From the NCBI GenBank assembly GCA_041662125.1, contig JBAZTA010000003.1, positions 71,992 through 135,991 of the forward strand: 64,000 bases of DNA, given 5' to 3'. This DNA is from Candidatus Omnitrophota bacterium (GTDB lineage Bacteria; Omnitrophota; Gorgyraeia; Gygaellales; Profunditerraquicolaceae). This document shows, one piece after another, positions 35,242 to 45,240 of the stretch (its first letter is position 1; the number at the start of each line of letters is the position of its first letter). The notes below the pieces were generated by a model, which was not told the DNA's origin, searched no databases, and saw only the letters and a program-made list of their open reading frames with translations. Position numbers and translations under genes: made by a program.

Positions 35242-36450
35242 CTATCTCACAATTAAATTGATCTGGAATATTGGCAAAAGCATTGCAATGACGATGAAAC
35301 CAACCACTAACCCCATGATCAAGATTATCACCGGCTCTAAAAGACGGGTTAAAGTTTTAATAATCCGGTCGACTTCTTTTTCATAATCAACGGCGATCCT
35401 TAAAAGTGCTTTCTCGAGATTTCCGGTTTCTTCTCCGGTATTGACGATGTTCGTCACCAAGGACGGGAATAAGGCAGAGCCTTTGAGGCATTGGGAAAGG
35501 CTTCCCCCCTGTGATAACGTATGTTTAAACGTTAAAACCTCTTGTTTGAGGACTTCGTTTTGAATGGATGATGCGGTGACATCCAGCGCGTATACAATCG
35601 GGATCCCTCCAGAGATTAACAAAGATAAGGTGCGGACAAAACGGCTGATCTCAGTCTTTAAGATAATGATCCCTAATCCCGGTATTTTGATCTTGAAACG
35701 GTCAAAGATCATTCTGCCTTCAGGTTTCATAGAGAGTTGACGGATGATGAAAACAATGACTATGATAATTAACCCGAGTATGAGCCAGTACGTGCGTAAG
35801 AATATTGAAACAGTAACTAAAATCTGTGTCGGCAAGGGCAAAACCTGCCCCATATCAGTAAACATGGTGACCAGGCGGGGAATAACAAACCCTAAAAGGA
35901 TAAAGACCGTGATGATACTGACTGCTAAAAGGAAAAACGGGTAGGTTAATGCTGCTAAGAGAGAACTTTTAAATTCTTCTTCTTTTTCCATGAATTCTGC
36001 CAGCCGTTTGAGCGCGGGCTCAACTGACCCGCCTACTTCGCCGGAATGGACCATGGAAATGTATAATGGCGAGAATATCCCGGGATATTCAGAGAAACTT
36101 TCTGACAGGGATCGACCGTCTCTAATTTTATGAGCGATATCCTGTAATACTGCTTTGAAATATGTGTCGGCAGTCTGGTTGGATAATATGGTAAGGCCAT
36201 TTAAGATAGTGACGCCTGATTCTATCAGGCTTGCGAGTTGTCCGGTAAAAAGGGAGACGTTTTTATCGGATACCTTCCAGAGCCGCCGTAAACCTGTTTT
36301 CTGAAGGTTGGGGGCCGCGCTTTGAATAGAAACCGGAAAATACCCCTTTTGGGTGATTTTATTTACAGCGTCTTGTTCGCTCTCCGCTTCAATACTGCCC
36401 TCTATGATCTCTTGTGGTTTTGATTTTGCGGTATAAATATATTTTTGCAT
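35242..36450 (-). CDS. gspF: T2SS/T4P inner-membrane platform protein F
   Basis: 402 aa with duplicated GspF domains and 3 TM segments. YIYTAKSKPQEIIEGSIEAESEQDA is the typical N-terminus. Confidence 0.9.
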   Translation of the reverse strand: MQKYIYTAKSKPQEIIEGSIEAESEQDAVNKITQKGYFPVSIQSAAPNLQKTGLRRLWKVSDKNVSLFTGQLASLIESGVTILNGLTILSNQTADTYFKAVLQDIAHKIRDGRSLSESFSEYPGIFSPLYISMVHSGEVGGSVEPALKRLAEFMEKEEEFKSSLLAALTYPFFLLAVSIITVFILLGFVIPRLVTMFTDMGQVLPLPTQILVTVSIFLRTYWLILGLIIIVIVFIIRQLSMKPEGRMIFDRFKIKIPGLGIIILKTEISRFVRTLSLLISGGIPIVYALDVTASSIQNEVLKQEVLTFKHTLSQGGSLSQCLKGSALFPSLVTNIVNTGEETGNLEKALLRIAVDYEKEVDRIIKTLTRLLEPVIILIMGLVVGFIVIAMLLPIFQINLIVR

Positions 36451-36459
36451 GAGTACTCT

Positions 36460-38169
36460 TTAGGTGAGTTCTTCCTGCTGGGTGACGCGTATAACTTCGG
36501 TTAACGTCGTAATGCCAAGTTCAACTTTTTGCATTCCGTTTTGACGCATCGTGCGCATCCCTTGCGCAATGGCCTTTTGCATAATGTGCTGGCTGGAGGC
36601 GTGATTTATGATGAGATCCCGTATAGCGTCAGTGACCGTGAGGATTTCATAGATCGCAGTCCTCCCCTGGTATCCGGTAAAACGGCATTCTTCGCAGCCC
36701 GTGCCTTCATAAAACACGGCATTTCCAGATTTGGAATTCATATCTTTTATCTGTCCCAGTATTTCTTTTTTCGACGGTGAGACAATCTTGCATTTTGGGC
36801 AGATCACCCTTACTAAACGCTGAGCAATAAGGCATTCAAGCGAGGATGATACTAAAAATGGCTCCACTCCCATATCGACAAGACGAGTTACTGCGCCGGA
36901 TGCGTCGTTGGTATGCAGGGTTGAGAAAACCAGATGCCCCGTTAATGCGGCGCGTATCGCGATCTCTGCGGTCTCATAATCCCGGACTTCTCCGATCATC
37001 ATGATATCAGGGTCATGGCGCAGCATGTGCCGCAATCCCATGGCAAAATCAAGGCCGATCTTAGGTGAGACCTGCATTTGGTTGACGCCTTTGAGCTGGT
37101 ATTCTATGGGGTCTTCTATCGTGATGATCTTGACTGAGTCTGAGTTAATACGCGCAAGGCTGGCATAAAGTGTCGTCGATTTTCCTGAACCGGTCGGGCC
37201 GGTAACGAAAATGATCCCGTGAGGTTTTTTGATCACCTGCTCGATGATCGCTAAATCCTGCGGCAGAAGCCCTAATTTCTCAAGTTCGAGGAAAAAACGC
37301 TGGCTTAAGATCCTGATGTGTACAGCTTCCCCAAAGGCCGTCGGCAGGGTCGAAATACGCAGGTCAAGTTCGGTATCATTAATGCCTATTTTTATCCTTC
37401 CATCTTGCGGCAGCCTGTGTTCTGCGATATTAAGGTGCGCCATGATCTTAATGCGTGAGACGATCGCTTGATGGAATACACTAATGGTTTTGGGAATGTT
37501 GATATTGTAGAGGATGCCATCAATACGAAACCGAGTACGCAATTCACCTTCAAATGGTTCCAGATGAATATCGGTTGCCCGGTCTTTAATGGCTTCGGTC
37601 AGTATTTGATTGACAAATTTAATGATTGAGGCGCCTTCGGCCAAGGATTCAAGGTCTTCGGTTTTTTGTATATCGAGTTTTGCTTCTTCAGCAGGAAGTT
37701 TTAGCGATATCATCTTCTCGAGCGTTTCAGCTCCTACCCCGTAATATTTCCGGATAGCTTCCTGAATTTGGAATTCGCTGGTTAAGACACCTTTTATTTC
37801 AAAGCCCAAAAGCAGCCGTAAGTCGTCAAGGGTGCGGGTATCCAGCGGGTCTGCCATGGCGATGGTCAGCGTATTTTCGTTTAAGTCAATAGGGATGATC
37901 TTATAATGGCTTGAGAATTTCGGAGTGACCTTTTGAATTACTGCCGTTGGAATCTCCAAATCATTTAACTTGATGTACGGGACATTGAGCTGGTGGGAAA
38001 GCACGGTGAATATCCTCTCCTCGATCGCGAATCCCATTCGAGAGAGGGTAGTGCAGAGATGTTCATGAGTTTTCTTCTGTTCTTTTAATCCGGCTTCTAA
38101 CTGTTCTTTGGTGATGATGCCTTGATCCAGCAGCATCTTGCCGATCATTTTCGTAGATTTTGTGGACAT
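36460..38169 (-). CDS. gspE: T2SS/T4P assembly ATPase (GspE/PilB) with N-terminal MshEN-type domain
   Basis: 569 aa with Walker A GPTGSGKST, Asp/His boxes and a C-terminal CPKC...CEEC zinc site. The N-terminus MIGKMLLDQGIITKEQLEAGLKEQ ... LCTTLSRMGFAIEERIFTVLSHQLNV matches the tandem MshEN c-di-GMP-binding motif. Confidence 0.9.
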   Translation of the reverse strand: MSTKSTKMIGKMLLDQGIITKEQLEAGLKEQKKTHEHLCTTLSRMGFAIEERIFTVLSHQLNVPYIKLNDLEIPTAVIQKVTPKFSSHYKIIPIDLNENTLTIAMADPLDTRTLDDLRLLLGFEIKGVLTSEFQIQEAIRKYYGVGAETLEKMISLKLPAEEAKLDIQKTEDLESLAEGASIIKFVNQILTEAIKDRATDIHLEPFEGELRTRFRIDGILYNINIPKTISVFHQAIVSRIKIMAHLNIAEHRLPQDGRIKIGINDTELDLRISTLPTAFGEAVHIRILSQRFFLELEKLGLLPQDLAIIEQVIKKPHGIIFVTGPTGSGKSTTLYASLARINSDSVKIITIEDPIEYQLKGVNQMQVSPKIGLDFAMGLRHMLRHDPDIMMIGEVRDYETAEIAIRAALTGHLVFSTLHTNDASGAVTRLVDMGVEPFLVSSSLECLIAQRLVRVICPKCKIVSPSKKEILGQIKDMNSKSGNAVFYEGTGCEECRFTGYQGRTAIYEILTVTDAIRDLIINHASSQHIMQKAIAQGMRTMRQNGMQKVELGITTLTEVIRVTQQEELT

Positions 38170-38230
38170 ACCTCCCCCTTATCTATAAAAAATTATACGG
38201 TATATGATTTAGAATGTAAAGATGAATAAT

Positions 38231-39304
38231 TTAATACAGGATAAGCGGATTAAATTTAAGCCTATTGAAAATGAGCCAGCAGGTAGGTGCAATTGCTTTC
38301 CAGGGCTGGAGTGTCCAGAAATCAGAGGCATCGCCGGTGTTTGTAGCCAAGAGGACCGAACCGTCTTTTTGTTGGGCTTTGGTAGCTTCGTTCAGATAAA
38401 AACTATATTTTGAACTTACGTGAGCACGCAAGAACGCCAGTGACATTTGTAATGTGCCTTCCAGCCAAACTGTATCGAGATGGCTGTTATAGTCAAATCC
38501 TTTGATGAGCGCTGATGAGTTATTCAGGGGTTTAATTAAACCCAGGTTATTTTCTGCCCACGATAAGGCGGCAGAGTATTTTACCCCTAAAAGTAAAACT
38601 CCAAGCGATTGCACGTCAGTAACCGCTGTTGAATCAAAGGGGCCGCGGTTGAATCGCGTCCCATCCCATACCGCGGGGCTGGTAATGAATTTTTTGATTT
38701 TTTGCGCCTTGCTATAATATGAAAAAAGATTGTTTAAACGCCCGTAATTAGAAAGTGCAGCGCAGGCGATAATATTATGCTCGGTGCTTTTCCAAGAGTC
38801 ATAGGTGCTGCCTCGCAGTCCTGCGTCATTGCTATCCTGGAGTTTCAGCAGAAAGTCAGCGAGCAGTCTTTGCGTGGCGAGAAACTCTTTGGAGTTCGTA
38901 TGTTTTTGATAAATAGTATATGCTTGTAATAACCATGCGGTATTCCCGCAGTAAGAAACCCCATTGCCTCTTCCTGATGCGTCGGAAAACGTATAACTTT
39001 CGTAAGGCACGTTATCCAGGCTTAATTTTACTTCAGTACTTAACGTAGCCAGGATCTCTTGAGCTAATCCGTAATTGCCCGTGATTGTAAATGCGATCGC
39101 AGCAAGGGCATTGTCATAAACGTAGCTGATATCACTTGCGTCTTCCTGATATGAATCCACAAGCCCTATTCCTTTAATTTGATTGGCGAGAAATATCTGC
39201 GCTTTCCAAGCGGAATTGTTTTTAACTTGCACGGGAGCGCTATATGCGCAGGTAGACATTGCAGTGAAAACAAGTAAGAATAAAATTTTTGCGAATTTCA
39301 TCAT
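38231..39304 (-). CDS. secreted hypothetical protein (signal peptide; possible alpha/alpha-toroid glycosidase-like fold), candidate T2SS cargo
   Basis: 357 aa with signal peptide MMKFAKILFLLVFTAMSTCAYSA. Repeated aromatic/Ala-rich helical segments (YDNALAAIAF, NTAWLLQAY, IIACAALSNYG) suggest a six-hairpin fold. Confidence 0.4.
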   Translation of the reverse strand: MMKFAKILFLLVFTAMSTCAYSAPVQVKNNSAWKAQIFLANQIKGIGLVDSYQEDASDISYVYDNALAAIAFTITGNYGLAQEILATLSTEVKLSLDNVPYESYTFSDASGRGNGVSYCGNTAWLLQAYTIYQKHTNSKEFLATQRLLADFLLKLQDSNDAGLRGSTYDSWKSTEHNIIACAALSNYGRLNNLFSYYSKAQKIKKFITSPAVWDGTRFNRGPFDSTAVTDVQSLGVLLLGVKYSAALSWAENNLGLIKPLNNSSALIKGFDYNSHLDTVWLEGTLQMSLAFLRAHVSSKYSFYLNEATKAQQKDGSVLLATNTGDASDFWTLQPWKAIAPTCWLIFNRLKFNPLILY

Positions 39305-39357
39305 GTTCGTATCCTTTTTAGTTTATAGTTTTAGTTTACCGTGAAAATACCGTCACC

Positions 39358-41067
39358 TTATTCAAATTGTTTAAAACGTATCATAGTGTGCGTATGTAAA
39401 ATATATTTTGCAATAGTCATGAGTATCCCGAAACCATAAAAAACAGCAGGTAAGAATTTAATCGTTGAAGCCTCATCAAAATAACGTGTGCGGATAGGTA
39501 TCTCCTCTATCTTAAGGTTGTGCAGAAAAAGCTGTACAATGATCTCGGTGTCGAAAACAAAATTATCGCTGTTGAGGCAATAGTGTATTGAGCGCAGAGT
39601 TTTTGCCGAATACGCCCTAAAGCCGGAATGGTATTCCGTCAGAAATACTCCAAAAGCAATATTCTCCAGCGCAGTAAGGATTATATTAATATTGTGTTTC
39701 CAAAGCGGCATGCCGCCTTCGAGAGCTCCCCCCTTCATCATCCGCGACCCGAATACCGCATCCGCCCTGCCTTGTTCTATCGGTTCGATGAGGTCCGCGA
39801 TTGCTTTGGGGTCATATTGATAATCCGGATGAACCATTATGACAACATCTGCTCCAAGTTCGAGAGCTTTTTTATAGCAGGTTTTTTGATTAGCGCCGTA
39901 TCCTTTATTTCTGTCATGCTCAAATACTTTGAGCCCTAATTTCTTAGCTACGTTTATGGTGTCATCGGTACTGCCATCATCGACAAGCAGTATATCATCA
40001 ACAATATCGCGAGAAATATCGCTTACGGTTTTTTCTAAAGTTTTAGCAGCGTTATAGGCTGGTAAGACCACTATTTTTTTTAGATTATTTCTCTCTGTAT
40101 GAAGGGGAGGAATTTCCAGCTCTTCCAGATATTCAATTTTTCGTATTTTCTTTGCGTATACCTCGATCTGGTCTTTGAAATCAATGGGGAATAATACATT
40201 ACGTATGATCTTTTTTTGGATGAGGAAAATAAAGATATCGTGCAATACTTTATTATATGACTTAAATCTGCTTACCCAGTACTGCAGGCTGAATATCCGT
40301 GTGTGTGATTTGCTTTTTATTGGCATAAAACCAGCAGCGCGCAGCATCGCGAACAGGGTTTTTTGGGTAAAATAAAAAATATGATGCTGTTTAACTCCCC
40401 ACCAGCGCGCTTTTAATATCCTGCTCAGGAAACTGGCTATATCAGGAGTATTAATGCAAATAATCCCATTGGTTTTTAATATTCTTCTTGTTTCAATGAG
40501 TAACCCTTTGGGGTCGGGGATATGCTCTAAAGTATCTTTTATGATGACGACATCAAAAAAATTATTAGCGTAGTGCTTCTCGTGTAAAGAACCTTCAAAA
40601 ATAGTCTCGATTTTAAGGTTTGTTTGAGCATAGTGGACTGCCCATGACGATAATTCTACGCCGTATATTTCCCAGCCTGTTTTGCGTGCTTCGTCCAATA
40701 AAAAGCCTGTTGCGCAGCCTATCTCTAACAATTTCCCCGTCTTTCCCATTTTCTTAAGTATTCGTAAAATTGATTGGTCAGATAACCGCCTTCCTTTCTC
40801 TTCTTGTATATAAAGTTCGTCTTGCATATCTTTATAGGTTGACTTGAGTTCATCAACAGGCTGGCGAGGATTGGCATAGATAAGATTACAATGGCGGCAT
40901 TTAACGATGCGCAGCGGAGCCGCAAGGGTATGGTCGGTTATCGTATAGTTCTTCTTGAGCGTTGATATGTCGCCCGTATAGGTTTTGTATACAACGGTAT
41001 AATTATCGGCGCCGCATAAATTGCACCCTATATTCTCTAACATTTTTTGAACGCTCTTATCATTCAT
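39358..41067 (-). CDS. bifunctional class I SAM-dependent methyltransferase / family 2 glycosyltransferase
   Basis: 569 aa with an N-terminal zinc ribbon (CNLCG...CRHCN) plus methyltransferase (LLEIGCATGFLL), and a C-terminal GT2 (VVLPAYNAAKTL...LLVDDGSTDDT). Confidence 0.75.
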   Translation of the reverse strand: MNDKSVQKMLENIGCNLCGADNYTVVYKTYTGDISTLKKNYTITDHTLAAPLRIVKCRHCNLIYANPRQPVDELKSTYKDMQDELYIQEEKGRRLSDQSILRILKKMGKTGKLLEIGCATGFLLDEARKTGWEIYGVELSSWAVHYAQTNLKIETIFEGSLHEKHYANNFFDVVIIKDTLEHIPDPKGLLIETRRILKTNGIICINTPDIASFLSRILKARWWGVKQHHIFYFTQKTLFAMLRAAGFMPIKSKSHTRIFSLQYWVSRFKSYNKVLHDIFIFLIQKKIIRNVLFPIDFKDQIEVYAKKIRKIEYLEELEIPPLHTERNNLKKIVVLPAYNAAKTLEKTVSDISRDIVDDILLVDDGSTDDTINVAKKLGLKVFEHDRNKGYGANQKTCYKKALELGADVVIMVHPDYQYDPKAIADLIEPIEQGRADAVFGSRMMKGGALEGGMPLWKHNINIILTALENIAFGVFLTEYHSGFRAYSAKTLRSIHYCLNSDNFVFDTEIIVQLFLHNLKIEEIPIRTRYFDEASTIKFLPAVFYGFGILMTIAKYILHTHTMIRFKQFE

Positions 41068-42970
41068 TGAGTGTGAAGTCAGTCAAATAAACACTTCCGC
41101 AGGAGCATCCAACGGAGGGTTCTAAGTATTTATCTGTTATACGGTTAAAAAATTTAAGCGAAAGCACGTATTTGCCTGCAGAAAACCACTCAGGCAGCTT
41201 AATATATTTATATTCTTTTATTATACTGTTTGGCTTCCATAAATATGAAGGCAATATTCTGTAGCAAAGCGGTGAATACAGGCTGGCTATAAGTTTTCCG
41301 GAAGCATCCATGATAGTAAAGACAGTATCAATATCATCGCTGGTCTTTTGCGTCGAGCTCCAATAAAGAATACAGTTTAAATAATTATTTCTTATGTCGG
41401 CTGTTTCATGGCCGAGAAATTCAATTGAGCTGTTTATACGGCAGCGATTGACATTGCTTATGGCAGGCTCTGATTTTAATACGTCATAAAGCGGGTACGC
41501 GTCTTTCTCACCCTTTTGAAATAAAATAAGATTATTGATGACACGCCGGGTTTTCCAATTTCCTGAGTTGATAAAGTCATCGAAACAAGCAAGCGGATTT
41601 TGTTTTAAAAAAGCATAAAAAGTCTGATGGTCATTAGAATCTATCAACGCATATTGGGCATCCGGGGGCAAAAGGTATTTCTTTGAGGATATCGTATAGG
41701 TCCCTATATATACATGGTGGAAAGAATAAAGCGATTTGCGATGAGCAAGATGAGATAAAAATTCAAATGTAGCCACTATTGGGGCATCAGGAGGTATCTC
41801 TTTAAGTAATAAGTCTTTTTCTAGATCCAATTGGGTTTTCTGAAGGAAATTTTTACGATGTTCCAGTAAAACGATATAGGGGCCCATAATTGTACTTGAG
41901 GCGAAGGCGGATAAAAATAAGATACCGGCCGCCGCTGCCTGGTTTTTTTTAACCCATTCTAAAGATGCTATCTTTTTTATTCCATTAATGTATGCGAAGA
42001 AAAGAAATGGTACGATTTCGGCTGTGTAATGATAGAAGATCATGGTTTCCGCTTCGCGATTGGATAATAAGTGCTGCAGAAAAAAAGGCAGCGCAGGCAA
42101 AATACTCAGAGGAGACAGTAACGGTATATATATAAACAATGAGAAAAGTTCGTTCAGGTATTTAATTTTGTCACCCGTAAACATGACTTTGATAACTTCC
42201 CCGGGATGGGTAATGATTTTTATAAGGATACTCGAATATGAATCTCCCAGCTGGCTGTATATCGAGATAAATTCTATCACTCCTTTGTTGCAGTACGGTA
42301 AGATGATAAAGATGCACAAACAGAAATATAAAACTCCCAATACTATCGGCGTAATGATCCAGGCGCGTTTTTTACGTTTGAGGAGCGCATAGAACCCCAG
42401 CGCTATAACGGCAAGTGAAATATTCTCCTGGCAGGACATTGCTAATATCATACATAAAAGATAATTCCTGAATTGATTTTTTTGAAAATAATAAAGCGTG
42501 CAGAGTAAGAAAAAGGTCGAAAATGCTATGGGATGGAATTCGTATAAGTTAATAAAGCCTAATAAAGGATTGATAAGGTATAGTAACGCGATCAGCAGGG
42601 CCCATCGGTATCCTACGATAAGCCTGGCGAGATAGTATAGTGGGTATGCCCCTGCTCCTAAAGCTAATGACTGCAGGAAGAGAAGTGTGCAGGGATGGGG
42701 AAATAGTTTGTAGAAAGGCGCCAGTAAGAACGTGATGGGGTGTACATGGTTACCTAAGAAATTTATCCCTAAAATAGAGTTATAGAGTGAGCCATGCAGG
42801 ATATTCCACATGATCTGGGAGTGTACCGCAAGGTCGAAATCCCAGTAAGCAAAAGCGCGATATTTGAGGAAACAAAGTGCGCTCAGAAAGGCTACATAAA
42901 GTATGATGCTGACGTTGAGCAATAAAATCACGCTGCGTTCTTTTATGTTAGATATTGATCCTGTGCTCAT
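41060..42970 (-). CDS. large polytopic membrane protein, DUF2079-like (putative glycosyltransferase of the GT-C type)
   Basis: 636 aa with about 12 TM helices in the N-terminal half (YRAFAYWDFDLAVHSQIMWNILHGS) and a soluble C-terminal domain. Confidence 0.45.
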   Translation of the reverse strand: MSTGSISNIKERSVILLLNVSIILYVAFLSALCFLKYRAFAYWDFDLAVHSQIMWNILHGSLYNSILGINFLGNHVHPITFLLAPFYKLFPHPCTLLFLQSLALGAGAYPLYYLARLIVGYRWALLIALLYLINPLLGFINLYEFHPIAFSTFFLLCTLYYFQKNQFRNYLLCMILAMSCQENISLAVIALGFYALLKRKKRAWIITPIVLGVLYFCLCIFIILPYCNKGVIEFISIYSQLGDSYSSILIKIITHPGEVIKVMFTGDKIKYLNELFSLFIYIPLLSPLSILPALPFFLQHLLSNREAETMIFYHYTAEIVPFLFFAYINGIKKIASLEWVKKNQAAAAGILFLSAFASSTIMGPYIVLLEHRKNFLQKTQLDLEKDLLLKEIPPDAPIVATFEFLSHLAHRKSLYSFHHVYIGTYTISSKKYLLPPDAQYALIDSNDHQTFYAFLKQNPLACFDDFINSGNWKTRRVINNLILFQKGEKDAYPLYDVLKSEPAISNVNRCRINSSIEFLGHETADIRNNYLNCILYWSSTQKTSDDIDTVFTIMDASGKLIASLYSPLCYRILPSYLWKPNSIIKEYKYIKLPEWFSAGKYVLSLKFFNRITDKYLEPSVGCSCGSVYLTDFTLNE

Positions 42971-43031
42971 TGATTTTTGTTATTCTCTGAATGTGTTGTG
43001 TTTTGGGGCATAAGAGTAAAATGATCAAGGA

Positions 43032-45233
43032 TTACAAAACAGGTTGTATAGCTTTGAACAGCGGTAATTCTACTATAAATTTAGTGCCGATTGTGTGCTG
43101 CGATTCGATGAAGATCTTTCCTGTATGGGTATCGGTGATGATCTTGTTGATGACGTATAGCCCCAGGCCCGTGCCTCTGCGCGAAGAAACCTTTGTGGTA
43201 AAAAACGGGGTAAAAAGTTTTTTAAAGTTCTCTTCCTTGACCCCCATGCCGTTGTCCTGGATTTCAATGCGCATGATAGCGTCTTGTTCCTGGGCGCGGA
43301 TGGTTATCTTGCCCCTATACCCTTCTTCTTGCAGCGTCGTTCTTCGTTCTACGATAGCATCGTAGGCATTATCGATAAAATTGAAGAATACTTCTTCTAA
43401 TTGTACGAGGTTGCCTTTGATTTTTGCTAAATCTAAGGGATATTCGCGAATGAGGTCGAAATCAGCTAATTTGACTTTATACTGGACCATGGCTAAGGTG
43501 CCGTCAATGATCTGGTCCATGGTCAGGGCTTCAAAACCTTCGTTTCCTTTACGGGTGTATTTTAAAATACCTTTGACTACTTCTCCACCCTGGATGACAT
43601 TAAACTGTATGCGTTCAAGGGCATGGTTGATCTGGCCTAACATAACTTTGATCTCAGGCGAACAGTTTGAAGCGTCGGTTATTTTGATGGTGTCAATAGT
43701 GTCTCCGGCGATCAATGAGAGCGCGTAAAAGCGGTTATTAATCTGATGTGATAACCCGTCAGCCATAGTGCCGATAGTAGCCATTTTTTCAGCCTGGGCG
43801 ATCTGCTCTTGCATATTTTTGGCATCTTCATAGAATTGGGCGTTTTCAATGGCTAAGGCTGCCTGGCTTGCAAGTATCTGAAAAACATTGAGGTCTTCAA
43901 GCGTGTAAATTTGTCCGGAAAGTTTGTCGCCGAGAACAATAAAACCGAGAAGTTTGTTTTCAAGGAAGCTGGGAATGATGACCGCGGCGGACAAAAGGTT
44001 CATATTTTCTTCCAGCGCTTTGTATACAGGCTCGTTAAAATCCTGCATTTTCCGTTTTACTTCTTCGTAAACCAGCGGCTGCCTGGTTTTGTTGATCCAG
44101 GTCAACAACGGATTTTTTGAAGATATTTTTTTAGCAAGAGCTCTTTTTTTGTCCCTGCAAACTTGTAGAGTGAACTCTTGTTCTTCTGTATTAAAAAGAT
44201 AGATCGCTGCGAAAGAAATCCTTACAGTTTTGGTAATGATGTGAGTGATCAAATCAAAAAGTTTGGCCAGATTTCTAATACGCGTTATACCGATTGAGGC
44301 CTGTTTTAAGGTGTTTTGGTATCTTTTTTGTTCTTTGAGTATCCTTCCTTCTGCTTTGCGTTCTAAATAAATATAAATAAATGGGCCAACAGTCGCTAAA
44401 ACTGCCATCAGGATTAAAGGAATAGCCCACCAATTCAGGTTAAATATGCCGATCAGCCAATATTTCGCCAATAATGCTACCGCAAACGGAATTCCTAAAA
44501 CAAAAGTGTAAACAAGCACAAAAATACCAGTGCGGGTTATGGCGACTTTAATATCCATCAAGCGGTATTTAATAATGGCATAGGTGGCGACGCAAACATA
44601 GACCGGGACTGCGTAGGTGCCGTACGGGTTCAAGGGGAAAATATCAAGATCATAAATAATAAGGAAATTATTGACGCCACCGATAAATCCAAAAAGAGAA
44701 CTCCAGAAGAGGTATTTCATCTGGTTATGCCGCAGCCCTTTTGAGTGTATATATTCAAGAAAAAGGCGTAATAAACCATAAGCAACGCAAGCCGCGAAAT
44801 AAAAGACAAAAAGATGATACCATATTCCTCCCGGTGTCATCAGATAGAGCACGTTATGCCGGGGAGTGACATTTTTTACAAATAAAGATGTGAATCCTGC
44901 TGCAACTGAAACGCAGGCTATAAAATACATGAGCCGCAGGAGCCATTTTTTTAGCGGTGTGATCATATCGTTCAGGAAGACCAGGACAAAATGCACGAAG
45001 GTGACCGGGATGAAAGCGGCGCCGATATGCAGGGCGTGCGCCGCAAATATTGATGTTTCTTGGTTTCTGGTAAATCCGTGTATTGAGACAAAGAAACTCC
45101 AAATAGAGATACTGAAAGAGTAGAGCGCGAAAATTCTGTTCAGTTTGGCTTTTGGGTTCTTGATAAATACGAATAACGCCAGGAATAATGTGGTGAGCGA
45201 TGTTAATAAGGTTGAGATGGCGAAATTGTTCAT
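43032..45233 (-). CDS. sensor histidine kinase (polytopic N-terminal sensor, GAF, HisKA, HATPase_c)
   Basis: 733 aa with about 7 N-terminal TM helices, a GAF domain, a H-box ATIGTMADGLSHQINN, and N/G boxes (DNGMGV...GTGLGL). Confidence 0.85.
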   Translation of the reverse strand: MNNFAISTLLTSLTTLFLALFVFIKNPKAKLNRIFALYSFSISIWSFFVSIHGFTRNQETSIFAAHALHIGAAFIPVTFVHFVLVFLNDMITPLKKWLLRLMYFIACVSVAAGFTSLFVKNVTPRHNVLYLMTPGGIWYHLFVFYFAACVAYGLLRLFLEYIHSKGLRHNQMKYLFWSSLFGFIGGVNNFLIIYDLDIFPLNPYGTYAVPVYVCVATYAIIKYRLMDIKVAITRTGIFVLVYTFVLGIPFAVALLAKYWLIGIFNLNWWAIPLILMAVLATVGPFIYIYLERKAEGRILKEQKRYQNTLKQASIGITRIRNLAKLFDLITHIITKTVRISFAAIYLFNTEEQEFTLQVCRDKKRALAKKISSKNPLLTWINKTRQPLVYEEVKRKMQDFNEPVYKALEENMNLLSAAVIIPSFLENKLLGFIVLGDKLSGQIYTLEDLNVFQILASQAALAIENAQFYEDAKNMQEQIAQAEKMATIGTMADGLSHQINNRFYALSLIAGDTIDTIKITDASNCSPEIKVMLGQINHALERIQFNVIQGGEVVKGILKYTRKGNEGFEALTMDQIIDGTLAMVQYKVKLADFDLIREYPLDLAKIKGNLVQLEEVFFNFIDNAYDAIVERRTTLQEEGYRGKITIRAQEQDAIMRIEIQDNGMGVKEENFKKLFTPFFTTKVSSRRGTGLGLYVINKIITDTHTGKIFIESQHTIGTKFIVELPLFKAIQPVL

Positions 45234-45240
45234 AGTTTAC

